A stretch of DNA of 27,681 bases from Acidobacteriota bacterium. GTDB lineage: Bacteria; Acidobacteriota; HRBIN11; JAKEFK01. The position numbers and the translations under genes were made by a program. Shown here piece after piece: positions 14,659-23,570 of this stretch. The stretch is taken from assembly GCA_046714535.1 (NCBI GenBank), contig JBKKAT010000853.1:1-27681 (forward strand), given 5' to 3'. Position 1 is the first letter of the stretch, and every line of letters starts with the position of its first letter. A model generated the notes under the pieces. That model ran no database searches. It had not been told where the DNA came from and was given only the letters and a program-made list of their open reading frames with translations.

Positions 14659-16688
14659 AAATCTCCTGGATTGGCGCGTCTTTACTCTTTCTTGTCCTGG
14701 TCATTCTCACCGGCTTTCATGGCACCTGGCTCCAGGCATTCCTGTCTCTCGGGCTGATCATTTTTCTGTGTCTGACGGCTCTTCCTATTTCGAGAATCCT
14801 TTTCCCGGATCAAGTAGAGGCCATGATTCTTACCTTTCCTGTAGGATATGTGCTTCACGCGTTCTTACTCTCCTTTGCGGGACTCTTTTTCGGTATTGAT
14901 CGACTTACGATCATCATTTATATAGCAATCGTTATCTTGCTGATGGTTTTCTGGAAATTCAGGATCAGTGGCAAAACGGATCAGGCAACTGTCTCTACAT
15001 CCTGGAAACGAGAAGACTGGATGCTGATGTTTCTCTGGCTCTTCTTGACCGTTGCAATCGTTGCTCTTCCTTTTGCAAGAGTGGGGGAAGAGGCCGGCGG
15101 AGGATACACTTATCGAGCTTATTTCAACGCGGATTTTTTCCGGAACATGGCTGTTTCCGGATCGCTCTCCCATGCCGGTATTCCGCCGGATAATCCGTAC
15201 CTGGGAGGTCACAAATTACATTATTACTGGTTCTTTCACCTGATTCCTGCCTACTGGAATGAATTGTTTCCGTCATACCGGTCCGATTTTGTAATGGTTC
15301 AATTTTCGCTCGTTGCGATGCTGATCTTTACTGCAGCGCTTTTTGTGGTTCTTCGACGTTTCGTGCAGCACCGAAAGAGCGCTTTGTTTCTGTTGCCGGT
15401 ATTTGCGGTTGGGGGAAGCTACGAAGGCCTGTATGTCCTTCAATGGTTGAGAAACAGGCAGCAACCCTGGACCGAGTTTGTGAATCTGAACATCGATGGC
15501 ATTTTGCGATGGCATTGGAAGGCTCCCCAAATTGATACGCTGTATCGTGCGCTTCTCTACGCGCCCCAACATTTAATCGCGTTGGCCATTTTTCTCATGG
15601 CTTTATTGATCTGGAACTCGGAACGGTCGGGTCAGGAACCTTTAAAAGGAGGAAACCGCAAGGTTATTTTTTACTTCCTGATTTTTGCGTCTCTGGGATT
15701 TTCCGCATTCATCGGAGCAACTTTGATTCTGGGAGCCGCTTGCATTCTTTTGTTTCAAACCTTCCGCGATCCTGGAAAGAAATGGAGAGAGGTCTTGTTT
15801 AGCGGGCTTTTTGGAATTTCGTTTCTGGCCCTTTACCTCTTTTGCTTTCAGATGTTTCAGCCTGGTTCACAACAGATTGAGTTTGGTCCGGACAAAACGA
15901 TCCTGGCACATTTCCCACAATATTTTCTATTGAACTGGGGAGCCCTCCTTGTGATTGGGCTTGCGGGAGTATTTTACAGGTCGCCGTTGTTACCCAACCG
16001 GATACTTCTATTCTTTTTGCTTTTTTGTTTTCTGTTAATTGTTTTCGTCAGGATTCTGTTGGCCGGTTTATCGGATATCAGTCTCAAGGTTGGGCATTTT
16101 TCACACGTGGTGTTATTGCTGCTTGCGGCTGGTGCTCTGGACAGGTTTCTCGGGGCACATCCACAAAAATCGAAATGGCTCGCGGCGTTAATCACTCTTC
16201 TGGTCCTGCCGGCCATGGTTACATGGGGCATGGATGCCTGGAATTCTTCTGATATACGAAATCGTAGATTCACGACACACATCAAGAAGGAAGAGGCGGA
16301 GGTTTGTCGCTGGATGCGAAGCAATCTTCCCGAAAAGACCGTGGTTCTGAATTACTCTCCCCGATATGAGGATTTCATGCAGGACATCATTCCTCCATTT
16401 GCAGAGCGTTCCGTTTTCCTGGGAAACCGGATTTTTTCCCGCATCTTTCAGGTAGAAGAAAAGAGCGTGCAAAATCGTTCGAAGGTTGTCTCAACCTTTT
16501 TGCGTCTTTCTTCACCAAAGGAATCATGGACGCTTGCCCGTAAGGCCGGGATCCAATATGTATTCGTCAGCGACATTCAGACGGCCCGGATGCCTGAGCT
16601 CCTGTTGAAATTGAGTTCCCCTTATTTTTCGCTGTTGATGCAAGACGGAGAAACGGCTCTTTTCCGGGTCAACGAGAATCCACAGTAG
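14655..16688 (+). CDS. Polytopic membrane protein, probable GT-C-type glycosyltransferase
   Basis: About 12-14 hydrophobic helices; loop YFNADFF...DNPY...LHYYWFFH; C-terminal EEAEVCRWMRSN...FAERSVFLG...GIQYVFV domain typical of GT-C-like proteins. Confidence 0.6.
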   Translation: MKISWIGASLLFLVLVILTGFHGTWLQAFLSLGLIIFLCLTALPISRILFPDQVEAMILTFPVGYVLHAFLLSFAGLFFGIDRLTIIIYIAIVILLMVFWKFRISGKTDQATVSTSWKREDWMLMFLWLFLTVAIVALPFARVGEEAGGGYTYRAYFNADFFRNMAVSGSLSHAGIPPDNPYLGGHKLHYYWFFHLIPAYWNELFPSYRSDFVMVQFSLVAMLIFTAALFVVLRRFVQHRKSALFLLPVFAVGGSYEGLYVLQWLRNRQQPWTEFVNLNIDGILRWHWKAPQIDTLYRALLYAPQHLIALAIFLMALLIWNSERSGQEPLKGGNRKVIFYFLIFASLGFSAFIGATLILGAACILLFQTFRDPGKKWREVLFSGLFGISFLALYLFCFQMFQPGSQQIEFGPDKTILAHFPQYFLLNWGALLVIGLAGVFYRSPLLPNRILLFFLLFCFLLIVFVRILLAGLSDISLKVGHFSHVVLLLLAAGALDRFLGAHPQKSKWLAALITLLVLPAMVTWGMDAWNSSDIRNRRFTTHIKKEEAEVCRWMRSNLPEKTVVLNYSPRYEDFMQDIIPPFAERSVFLGNRIFSRIFQVEEKSVQNRSKVVSTFLRLSSPKESWTLARKAGIQYVFVSDIQTARMPELLLKLSSPYFSLLMQDGETALFRVNENPQ

Positions 16689-18510
16689 AGAATACATAAG
16701 CGCCAAAATATTCAAAACGCAGTTCTTTTCCTTTTGGATATTGCATTTTTAGCGCGTTGAGAAGCTTTTCATCGGATGCCCTGGTGAAAGGGGCGTTGTA
16801 GGACTTCCGGATATTCATCCGGATTGTGCGCATATCCATCCCGTAAATCTGATGCCACCATTTATAGAATTTCTTTCCTTCGTCGTCTCTCAACCACCAG
16901 GGATTGACTTCCTGAGGTTGCAAAAGAACAACGATCAATTTGTCTTTGGATGCGATTTTGCGAAGGTTCGTCGCGGGTGTGATGAGTTTATAAAATGACT
17001 TCGAATACGTTAGATATTCGTTTGTGGAATGGAAGAAGAATTTCGGAGTGATATAGACTTCACAGCGATTTCCCAGCTGGTTCGTGAGCCGCGCCACATT
17101 TGCCTGATCACGATCCATTCCCCATAACGCTGCGACTTTTGATGGAAGTGTATCCAAAATTACTGGATACCGTACCATCGCATCCAGGATCCCGGTGAGC
17201 AGGGCGCCGGAAAGAACGAGGGGAAGAAATAATCTTGCGATAACAGGAGCGTAACCGTTCAGAATCTGTCCTGCGCTATAGATTCCGAAGCTTGTGAACA
17301 AAATGGCAACGGGCAGAGAGCCAAAAACCCGGGGTACATTGGGGGCTCCCACGCTTAAGACTCCGGGCAGAAGCGTGAATAAGAAATAAAGGAGCAGAAA
17401 TCGTCCATAAGGTTTTCCCAAATTCAGGAGAACCATCAAAACTCCTAGAAGAAAAAAGGCGGTCACAAAGGGAGAAAGCATCGGCTCTTCTTTCACGTTA
17501 TGGCGCGCAATCGAATCTCCCTTGTAGGTAAACAGACCGAGGGTTTTGGCCGTTGATTCCAAAATGAGTTTTGCCGGGCTTTGTTCTTCGTTTCCTTTTT
17601 GTCTCCATACCATGGTGCGTTTCATCCGGTCCGTCAGGCTTTCTTTGTTCTCCATAGAAAACTTCGCAAACGGTGCGGCCACAGCCAGACAAACGATGAT
17701 TCCCGCAAGAATCGGCTTGAGATGCCTGGATAAGTTTGCGCGGATTGTTCTTTCCGCAAGAAACGCAAGCAAAACAAAAGGGAAAATTCTATAGGCGATA
17801 TACGTATAAAGCCCTAATCCTCCGATCACTCCTGCTGCGATCAGGAATCCCGTCCTTTTTCGATCCGAGCTCAAACCACGCGCCACAAAATATAACGATG
17901 CGAGTTCAAAGAAGGGATACAAACCCGCGCGAACCCCGTAACGGCTGTGAATGATGTGCCATTTGGAAACAGCAAGCAAAAAAGTTGAAATCAGCGCAAG
18001 CTGGTTGTTGAAAATGGTTTTAACAAACAGATAAAAAAAGAGGAGAGATAGAGAACCGGCAATCGCCGTGACGATGCGGACGGAAACACTGGAGTAATCG
18101 AATAAACTCTGCGCTGCCGCAACCAGATAAGCGACCAGCGCCTCGCGTCCTCCATTCCAATCGAGAAAGATGGGACGTTCCCCCAGTTCTCGAATGCCGA
18201 TTGCGTCGAGCCCTTTGTACGCCTCGTCATACGTCATGCCGTCAAAGAGCGTTCCGAGTTTCCAGAACCGCAGGAAACATCCCAGCAGGATAATCCCGGC
18301 AACAATCCATGAGTTCCATCGGTAGGAAGGCTTTTGCGAAAGGAAATTTTCCCAGACCGCGACTCCCTGCGGATTCCTTCTAAAATAATAGAGGAAATAG
18401 GCAACACAGAGAACGAAGATGCCAAGGCAGACCGGGTGTAAGGGATTTTTCAGATGGCTTTTTAAGAATGCTTCTGCGGCAATAAAGAAGAGCAGTACGA
18501 TTGCCGGCAA
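16669..18510 (-). CDS. ArnT/PMT-family (GT-C) glycosyltransferase
   Basis: FLRFWKLG...TYDEAY first-loop acidic motif; RIVTAIAGSLS; WHIIHSRYG. TTG start 8 bp after the PKD gene stop. Confidence 0.85.
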   Translation of the reverse strand: MPAIVLLFFIAAEAFLKSHLKNPLHPVCLGIFVLCVAYFLYYFRRNPQGVAVWENFLSQKPSYRWNSWIVAGIILLGCFLRFWKLGTLFDGMTYDEAYKGLDAIGIRELGERPIFLDWNGGREALVAYLVAAAQSLFDYSSVSVRIVTAIAGSLSLLFFYLFVKTIFNNQLALISTFLLAVSKWHIIHSRYGVRAGLYPFFELASLYFVARGLSSDRKRTGFLIAAGVIGGLGLYTYIAYRIFPFVLLAFLAERTIRANLSRHLKPILAGIIVCLAVAAPFAKFSMENKESLTDRMKRTMVWRQKGNEEQSPAKLILESTAKTLGLFTYKGDSIARHNVKEEPMLSPFVTAFFLLGVLMVLLNLGKPYGRFLLLYFLFTLLPGVLSVGAPNVPRVFGSLPVAILFTSFGIYSAGQILNGYAPVIARLFLPLVLSGALLTGILDAMVRYPVILDTLPSKVAALWGMDRDQANVARLTNQLGNRCEVYITPKFFFHSTNEYLTYSKSFYKLITPATNLRKIASKDKLIVVLLQPQEVNPWWLRDDEGKKFYKWWHQIYGMDMRTIRMNIRKSYNAPFTRASDEKLLNALKMQYPKGKELRFEYFGAYVFSTVDSR

Positions 18511-18517
18511 GATTTTC

Positions 18518-19732
18518 TTACGGGCAGAAGTTCTTTGAACAGCTCTTGTGAATCAGGAAGACCTGTTCCCCTACGGGCGGAGGCCAGCGAAACGGACAAT
18601 TGTTATGAACGCTGAATTGGCCATTGCCGAGGTAGGTCATCTGCGTAACGATCCCGTAGAAATTTTCCGGACTGGCCTTTCTCATGTCTCCGCATCTGTA
18701 GAAAGAGTTGGCGCAAGTGGCATCGGAGGGAAATTGTACAATTGCGTCAAAACCATTAACTCCCACGACCGTTCCAAAAATGAGTCCTCTGTTCGGAGCT
18801 GCGCTGGTGCAGGTGCCGACGTTACCGCCACCGCCGCCGCCACCGCCGCTTCCAACACTGACCTGCTTCGAAAACAAATGCCTTTCTCCGGAATTATCGG
18901 TTACAGTCAGCCGAACTCCGAATGCTCCTGTGCTCTTGAACTTGTGTTGCACGAGTTCGCCGGATGCGGAGCTGCCATCTGCGAAATCCCAGAAATAATG
19001 CACGATCCGGCCATCTTTATCACGACTCCCTGAGGCATCAAAACTGAAACTGGTATCAATACTTCCGCTCGATGGATTTACGGTGAAACTCGCTTCAGGA
19101 ATTTTACTGGCAGCAACTTCGATCTCCCGCCAGAAATTCGCGGTTGTGTTTTTATTATCAGTGACCGATAAAGTGACTCTGAAATTTCCGCCTTTGTTGA
19201 AACTGTGCGTGACGACCTTACCGCTATCTTGTTTTCCATCGCCGAATTTCCAGTTGTACTGAACAATGCCTCCATCATCGTTGGATCGGGAGGCGTCAAA
19301 CCGGAATGGATCATCCTTGATACCGGTGAAAGGTACAATGATAAACAGCGCTTCAGGTACTCGATTGTCCCCCACGGAAAAAAGTGTAGGAGCATTTGTA
19401 GCGCCGGTGTTTGTTGCTACGATAACTGTTCGCGGTCCGTGCACAGCATCTCGACTCACGCTGAAGAAGATGTATATTTCCGTGTCGGAGAGACGCTGAA
19501 ATTGTTCCACCTCTACCCCCTCTCCCAGGCTCACGGACATTAATCCTTGAAAGTTTCTTCCGATGATTCTACCTTCCACACCAATCGTTCCGGGATTGAC
19601 AACTGTGGGATTCATGCCGGCGATGGAAGGACCGGGACCGTTGATATTGCCGCTGTCTGTCCCGCTATCCCGTTTGCATGCGGCCACAAAAGCAACGACT
19701 ACGAATAAGATGATGGGAAAAGTCCGCCTCAT
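18518..19732 (-). CDS. Lipoprotein: IPT/TIG-like domain, 2 PKD domains, poly-Gly linker, 6-Cys C-terminal domain (paralog 2)
   Basis: Lipobox FVAAC; two PKD repeats; C-terminal domain aligns with paralogs 1 and 3. Confidence 0.9.
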   Translation of the reverse strand: MRRTFPIILFVVVAFVAACKRDSGTDSGNINGPGPSIAGMNPTVVNPGTIGVEGRIIGRNFQGLMSVSLGEGVEVEQFQRLSDTEIYIFFSVSRDAVHGPRTVIVATNTGATNAPTLFSVGDNRVPEALFIIVPFTGIKDDPFRFDASRSNDDGGIVQYNWKFGDGKQDSGKVVTHSFNKGGNFRVTLSVTDNKNTTANFWREIEVAASKIPEASFTVNPSSGSIDTSFSFDASGSRDKDGRIVHYFWDFADGSSASGELVQHKFKSTGAFGVRLTVTDNSGERHLFSKQVSVGSGGGGGGGGNVGTCTSAAPNRGLIFGTVVGVNGFDAIVQFPSDATCANSFYRCGDMRKASPENFYGIVTQMTYLGNGQFSVHNNCPFRWPPPVGEQVFLIHKSCSKNFCP

Positions 19733-19765
19733 AACCGTGGGTCTCCAGACCGCCTTAGGCAGAAA

Positions 19766-19774
19766 AGTATAACA
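19766..19774 (-). promoter_or_regulatory. Extended -10 promoter for PKD paralog 2
   Basis: TGTTATACT on the minus strand. Confidence 0.5.
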
Positions 19775-19805
19775 TAGCTTCCGTTGAATTCAACTCCGCA
19801 CGGTC

Positions 19806-20003
19806 CTGAAACGCCGGCTTTGGCGTTCCCATGAATAAAAGTTCTTGATTCAGTACTATGCGTATAATACGTCCGTCTTTGCTTTGAAACCCGCATGAGT
19901 AACGGGTCGTAGTCCCGCGCGCTACGAGCCGGACCCATGCAATGGGTTCAACTTTTCTCTGGCCTATTGAATCATGCTCATGCTATAATCGCCACGTTTC
20001 CAG
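19806..20003. ncRNA. Candidate structured ncRNA (rod-like, possibly 6S-like); strand unknown
   Basis: Nested complementary segments found by eye across about 200 nt, with a large internal bubble. Not matched to any family. Confidence 0.35.
19981..19989 (+). promoter_or_regulatory. Extended -10 promoter for PKD paralog 3
   Basis: TGCTATAAT, with an AAGGGAG RBS before ATG 20039. Confidence 0.55.
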
Positions 20004-20038
20004 ATTGGGTAAAAAAGTTTTAACAAGGGAGTAAGAAA

Positions 20039-21226
20039 ATGAAGACTGTTTTCCGAGTGTGTTTTGTCCTATCACTCGCGCTAGTCATGGGTTGCGGAGA
20101 TGATGATCCAACTGCCTCCATCAGAGGTATGAGTCCTAACCAGGTGAGCATCGGACAGCAAAACGCTATAGGTACAATTAACGGTACAAGTTTAAGGCCT
20201 ACGGCGGTTTCGCTTGGTGATGGTATTGAGGTAACCGGTTTTACCGCCAAAAGCTCAAGTGAAGTTGAAGTACGTTTCAATGTGAGCGGTGGCGCTGCTG
20301 CCGGACCAAGAAACATCACGATGACCACCACAGGCGGGGCCCTCACCGGCAACTCGGCGCTGAACGTATTGAGTAACAAAGTGCCTCTTGCGAAATTCTC
20401 TATCAGTCCGACAGCAGGATCACTGGCAACTGTTTTCGAGTTTGATGGCGGAGATTCTGTCGATCAATTGCAGAGTGCCGCACTTTCATACAACTGGAAG
20501 TTTGGTGATGGCGCTACTGCAACCGGCAGAAAAGTAAACCATAAATACACTGCGCTCGGTAACTTTAATGTGGAGCTGCAGGTAGCAGATGATCAGGGTG
20601 GATCTGCTTCAGCCTCAAAAGCGGTTGAGGTTTTAAAGAACAGTCCTCCCATCGTCGATTTCACGGTGAGACCAGGTTTAAAAGGAAATACCATAACGCC
20701 GTTTAAGTTCGATGCAAGCAAAACCAGAGATCCGGACGGTAGAGTTGCGGATTACATCTGGGATTTCGGGGATAAAAAGAAAAAGGGCGTTGAGGTTGAG
20801 CATATCTTTGAGAAGAAGGGTACATACACCGTTGAACTCAGGGCGATTGACAACAAAGGGAATGACGCTACCCTCACCAAAGAGCTGGAAGTCGAAAAGG
20901 CAACTCAGGTGAACTGCCTTGGTAGAGGCGGAAATCATCCCCAAATTCTTCGCGGCACGGTTATCGCAGTGGAGCCGGGCAACTGGGCCATCGTTGATTT
21001 CGGCCCAGGCCGAACTTGCGGAAATACTTTCCACAAATGCGATGATTTCCGAAAATTTGGTGTCGAGGGACTCAGAGAGTTCTTCGGCATTGTGGACAGG
21101 ATGTTTGATCGTGGCCATGGCGTTTTCGCAGTCCATAATGCATGTCCGTTATTCTGGCCTCCAGCGATTGGTGAGAAAGTCTTTCTTTACTATAAGACTT
21201 GCAGTCAGAATCACTGTCCAGGATAG
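20039..21226 (+). CDS. Lipoprotein: IPT/TIG-like domain, 2 PKD domains, 6-Cys C-terminal domain (paralog 3)
   Basis: Lipobox LVMGC; two PKD repeats; no poly-Gly linker. Confidence 0.9.
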   Translation: MKTVFRVCFVLSLALVMGCGDDDPTASIRGMSPNQVSIGQQNAIGTINGTSLRPTAVSLGDGIEVTGFTAKSSSEVEVRFNVSGGAAAGPRNITMTTTGGALTGNSALNVLSNKVPLAKFSISPTAGSLATVFEFDGGDSVDQLQSAALSYNWKFGDGATATGRKVNHKYTALGNFNVELQVADDQGGSASASKAVEVLKNSPPIVDFTVRPGLKGNTITPFKFDASKTRDPDGRVADYIWDFGDKKKKGVEVEHIFEKKGTYTVELRAIDNKGNDATLTKELEVEKATQVNCLGRGGNHPQILRGTVIAVEPGNWAIVDFGPGRTCGNTFHKCDDFRKFGVEGLREFFGIVDRMFDRGHGVFAVHNACPLFWPPAIGEKVFLYYKTCSQNHCPG

Positions 21227-21243
21227 ATAGCACTTTAAAAGAT

Positions 21244-21286
21244 CGGCCCTTTAGCCTCCTGTGGCTAGAGGGCCGTTTTCTGTTTT
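21244..21286 (+). terminator. Rho-independent terminator
   Basis: CGGCCCTTTAGCC-TCCTGT-GGCTAGAGGGCCG (13-bp stem, one G-U pair) followed by TTTTCTGTTTT. Confidence 0.8.
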
Positions 21287-21331
21287 CAACCAAACCCAGT
21301 ACAAACTGTTTTTAACAAAAGCTAACTAAGA

Positions 21332-21367
21332 AAACAAAGACTAAAAAATCCTTCGTTGTCTTTGTTT
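21332..21367. repeat. 10-bp inverted repeat downstream of sulfatase-like gene 2
   Basis: AAACAAAGAC-N16-GTCTTTGTTT. Confidence 0.45.
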
Positions 21368-21387
21368 GCTTCTGTTTTAAAAATCTT

Positions 21388-23538
21388 TCAGTTGATGTAT
21401 CCGAGTGCCTTCAATTGTTCTTTCAGCTCGTTCGTTTCCTGCTTTTGCTGTTTGGTTTTTGCCCAACCGGTTGGAGATGTCGATTTTTGCACATAAGAAG
21501 CGAGCAGTTGTTTCATTTGTTTTAACGAACGGGATTCTGTTTTGCCGAGGTCGTTCCGTTCTTCCGGATCTTTTCTTAAATCGTAGAACGATTCGGTACC
21601 CTTCTGTTTGTCCAGAACGAGCTTGAACTCATGCGTTTGCGCGCCCCAGCGCGCTTCTTTGCCGTATGTCACTTCATAAAAAATGGGACGGTTAAAACGT
21701 TGTTTACTGTTGGCCGGTTCCAGCAAATTAATTCCATCCCCGCGTGCGGCCGGTTTGATTCCCATCAGATTTGCTACAGTCGGATAGATATCAACCAGGG
21801 ACACCAGATCCTTTCGTTGCTCCGGTTTTTTCCCGGGAATATGCAGAATTAAGGGGACTCTGATTTCTTCGGGCGCTAACGTTTTTCCATGCCCAAAAGA
21901 ATTTTCTCGATCGAAGAATTGTTCTCCATGATCTGCGAAGATCAGGATCACCGTGTTCTGATCCAGTTTTAAGCGTTTCAGTTCATTCAGCAAAGTCGCG
22001 AAATTTTGATCAAAGAAATAGACTTCTGCGTCGTAGCATTGCCGGATAAATTCTTTCTGGCTCTCTTTCGGCACGATATCTCCTTTCACGATCCGATGAA
22101 GCAAGTCCATCGTAATAACCGGTTGTTGATCCAACGCAGGTTTGGGAAACAATTTGCGAAACACTTCCGGTGGAGGATTGAATGGCTCGTGCACTTCATA
22201 CGAATGCAAGAAAAGGAAAAAGGGGCGTTGTGAATTCTTATTCAGCCATGTAACCGCATTTGCGATGGTTGCCACATCCTTTCTTGCCATATGAATATTT
22301 TCGGAATATTGATGAAAGCCGCGATCAAATCCGAAGAACTTTGAAACAAATCCACCATCCGTAATTCCTGCGGTGAAATATTTTGCCTGTTGGGCCATTT
22401 CAGCGATTGTGGTGAGTTGCGGTGGAATCTGTTTGACTCTGACAATTTCATCAACCGGTCGCGAAACCTGGTGGTGACCCACATAAAGACCTGTCATCAC
22501 CGATGTGTGGGAGGGAAGAGTGCTCGGAAAGGTGCAATACGCGTTGTCAAAAACGATCGATTTTTTCGCAAACTCCACCAGATTGGGAGAAGTGCGATTG
22601 GAAAAACGGTCAGCGCGCATAGTGTCAATGGAAAGGAGAATGATATTCGGTTTATCGCTTTTTGCTTTCAGATCGTAGAGTTCCGGTGAGCTCCATGTTA
22701 CGTAACGGTCCTGCGCTGCAGAAGATTGGCTTTCGAGTTCGAGGGTGACCTCCTTGCCGGCCCAGTCGCCCAGAGGGATCGTTTCATCCTGCCACCGCAA
22801 ATTCTCGAACGAAAACTTCACGGTTTTTCGGATCAAGTCTTTGGATTTTCTTCCCGACCGGATGCGAACGGTATACGTGATCTCTGAGACTTCTTCTTCA
22901 TCCACCGGAACACCGATACCAAAGAAGAGCGCGGGATTGCCGGAGGGAAGCCGCAGATGAAATTTTACGTTTGAGTTGGAGCTTACTGAAAAACCGGTTC
23001 GAACCTCTTTTCCCAGATCTGTCCGGGCGCTGTGGTAAAGCGGAAGTTGAAAGAACTGAAATTCCGCATACGGGGATGCTTCTTCTCCTCCGAAAAGAAA
23101 TTGCAGCTGCTTGACGGTACGCTTTTTCAAATCCTTTGATTGGAAATGCAGTGTGTATTCCTTCCAGTCTTTGGTTAGCTTGTACGTCGCCAGCTCCTGT
23201 CCCTGAACGTTTATCGCGAAGTCGCGCGGCGATTGGGATCGCGCGACGAATTTCATTCGAAAGTCGCGAGTTTTCCAGAGCCATTCGGGAAGAAGAAACG
23301 TTGTCCGTCGTTCCAGTGCGACGATCTGTTTCGGCTCGACTTTCCATCCATTTCCGCTGTGCTGTTGAAAATCATCCGGATTTACCCGGAAATGTGAATT
23401 AATTTCAGTCTTCGGATTCATGAACAATTCTTCCAAACGAATCAGAGACGGGGCCCGGGGCGTATTCTCACGATTTTTGCACGCGGTGAAGAGCAGTAAG
23501 AGGATGGAGAAATAGATTACGGTCTGTCTTGCCGGCAT
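21388..23538 (-). CDS. Sulfatase-like lipoprotein of the alkaline phosphatase superfamily, Thr-nucleophile type (paralog 2)
   Basis: Start MPARQ (23538) gives a lipoprotein signal ending LFTAC; SIDTMRAD; STLPSHTSVMTG; HSYEVHEPF; FADHG; LKALGYIN. Confidence 0.88.
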   Translation of the reverse strand: MPARQTVIYFSILLLLFTACKNRENTPRAPSLIRLEELFMNPKTEINSHFRVNPDDFQQHSGNGWKVEPKQIVALERRTTFLLPEWLWKTRDFRMKFVARSQSPRDFAINVQGQELATYKLTKDWKEYTLHFQSKDLKKRTVKQLQFLFGGEEASPYAEFQFFQLPLYHSARTDLGKEVRTGFSVSSNSNVKFHLRLPSGNPALFFGIGVPVDEEEVSEITYTVRIRSGRKSKDLIRKTVKFSFENLRWQDETIPLGDWAGKEVTLELESQSSAAQDRYVTWSSPELYDLKAKSDKPNIILLSIDTMRADRFSNRTSPNLVEFAKKSIVFDNAYCTFPSTLPSHTSVMTGLYVGHHQVSRPVDEIVRVKQIPPQLTTIAEMAQQAKYFTAGITDGGFVSKFFGFDRGFHQYSENIHMARKDVATIANAVTWLNKNSQRPFFLFLHSYEVHEPFNPPPEVFRKLFPKPALDQQPVITMDLLHRIVKGDIVPKESQKEFIRQCYDAEVYFFDQNFATLLNELKRLKLDQNTVILIFADHGEQFFDRENSFGHGKTLAPEEIRVPLILHIPGKKPEQRKDLVSLVDIYPTVANLMGIKPAARGDGINLLEPANSKQRFNRPIFYEVTYGKEARWGAQTHEFKLVLDKQKGTESFYDLRKDPEERNDLGKTESRSLKQMKQLLASYVQKSTSPTGWAKTKQQKQETNELKEQLKALGYIN

Positions 23539-23570
23539 TACAGAATTCCTAAAGAGAAGCAAATTCAGAA

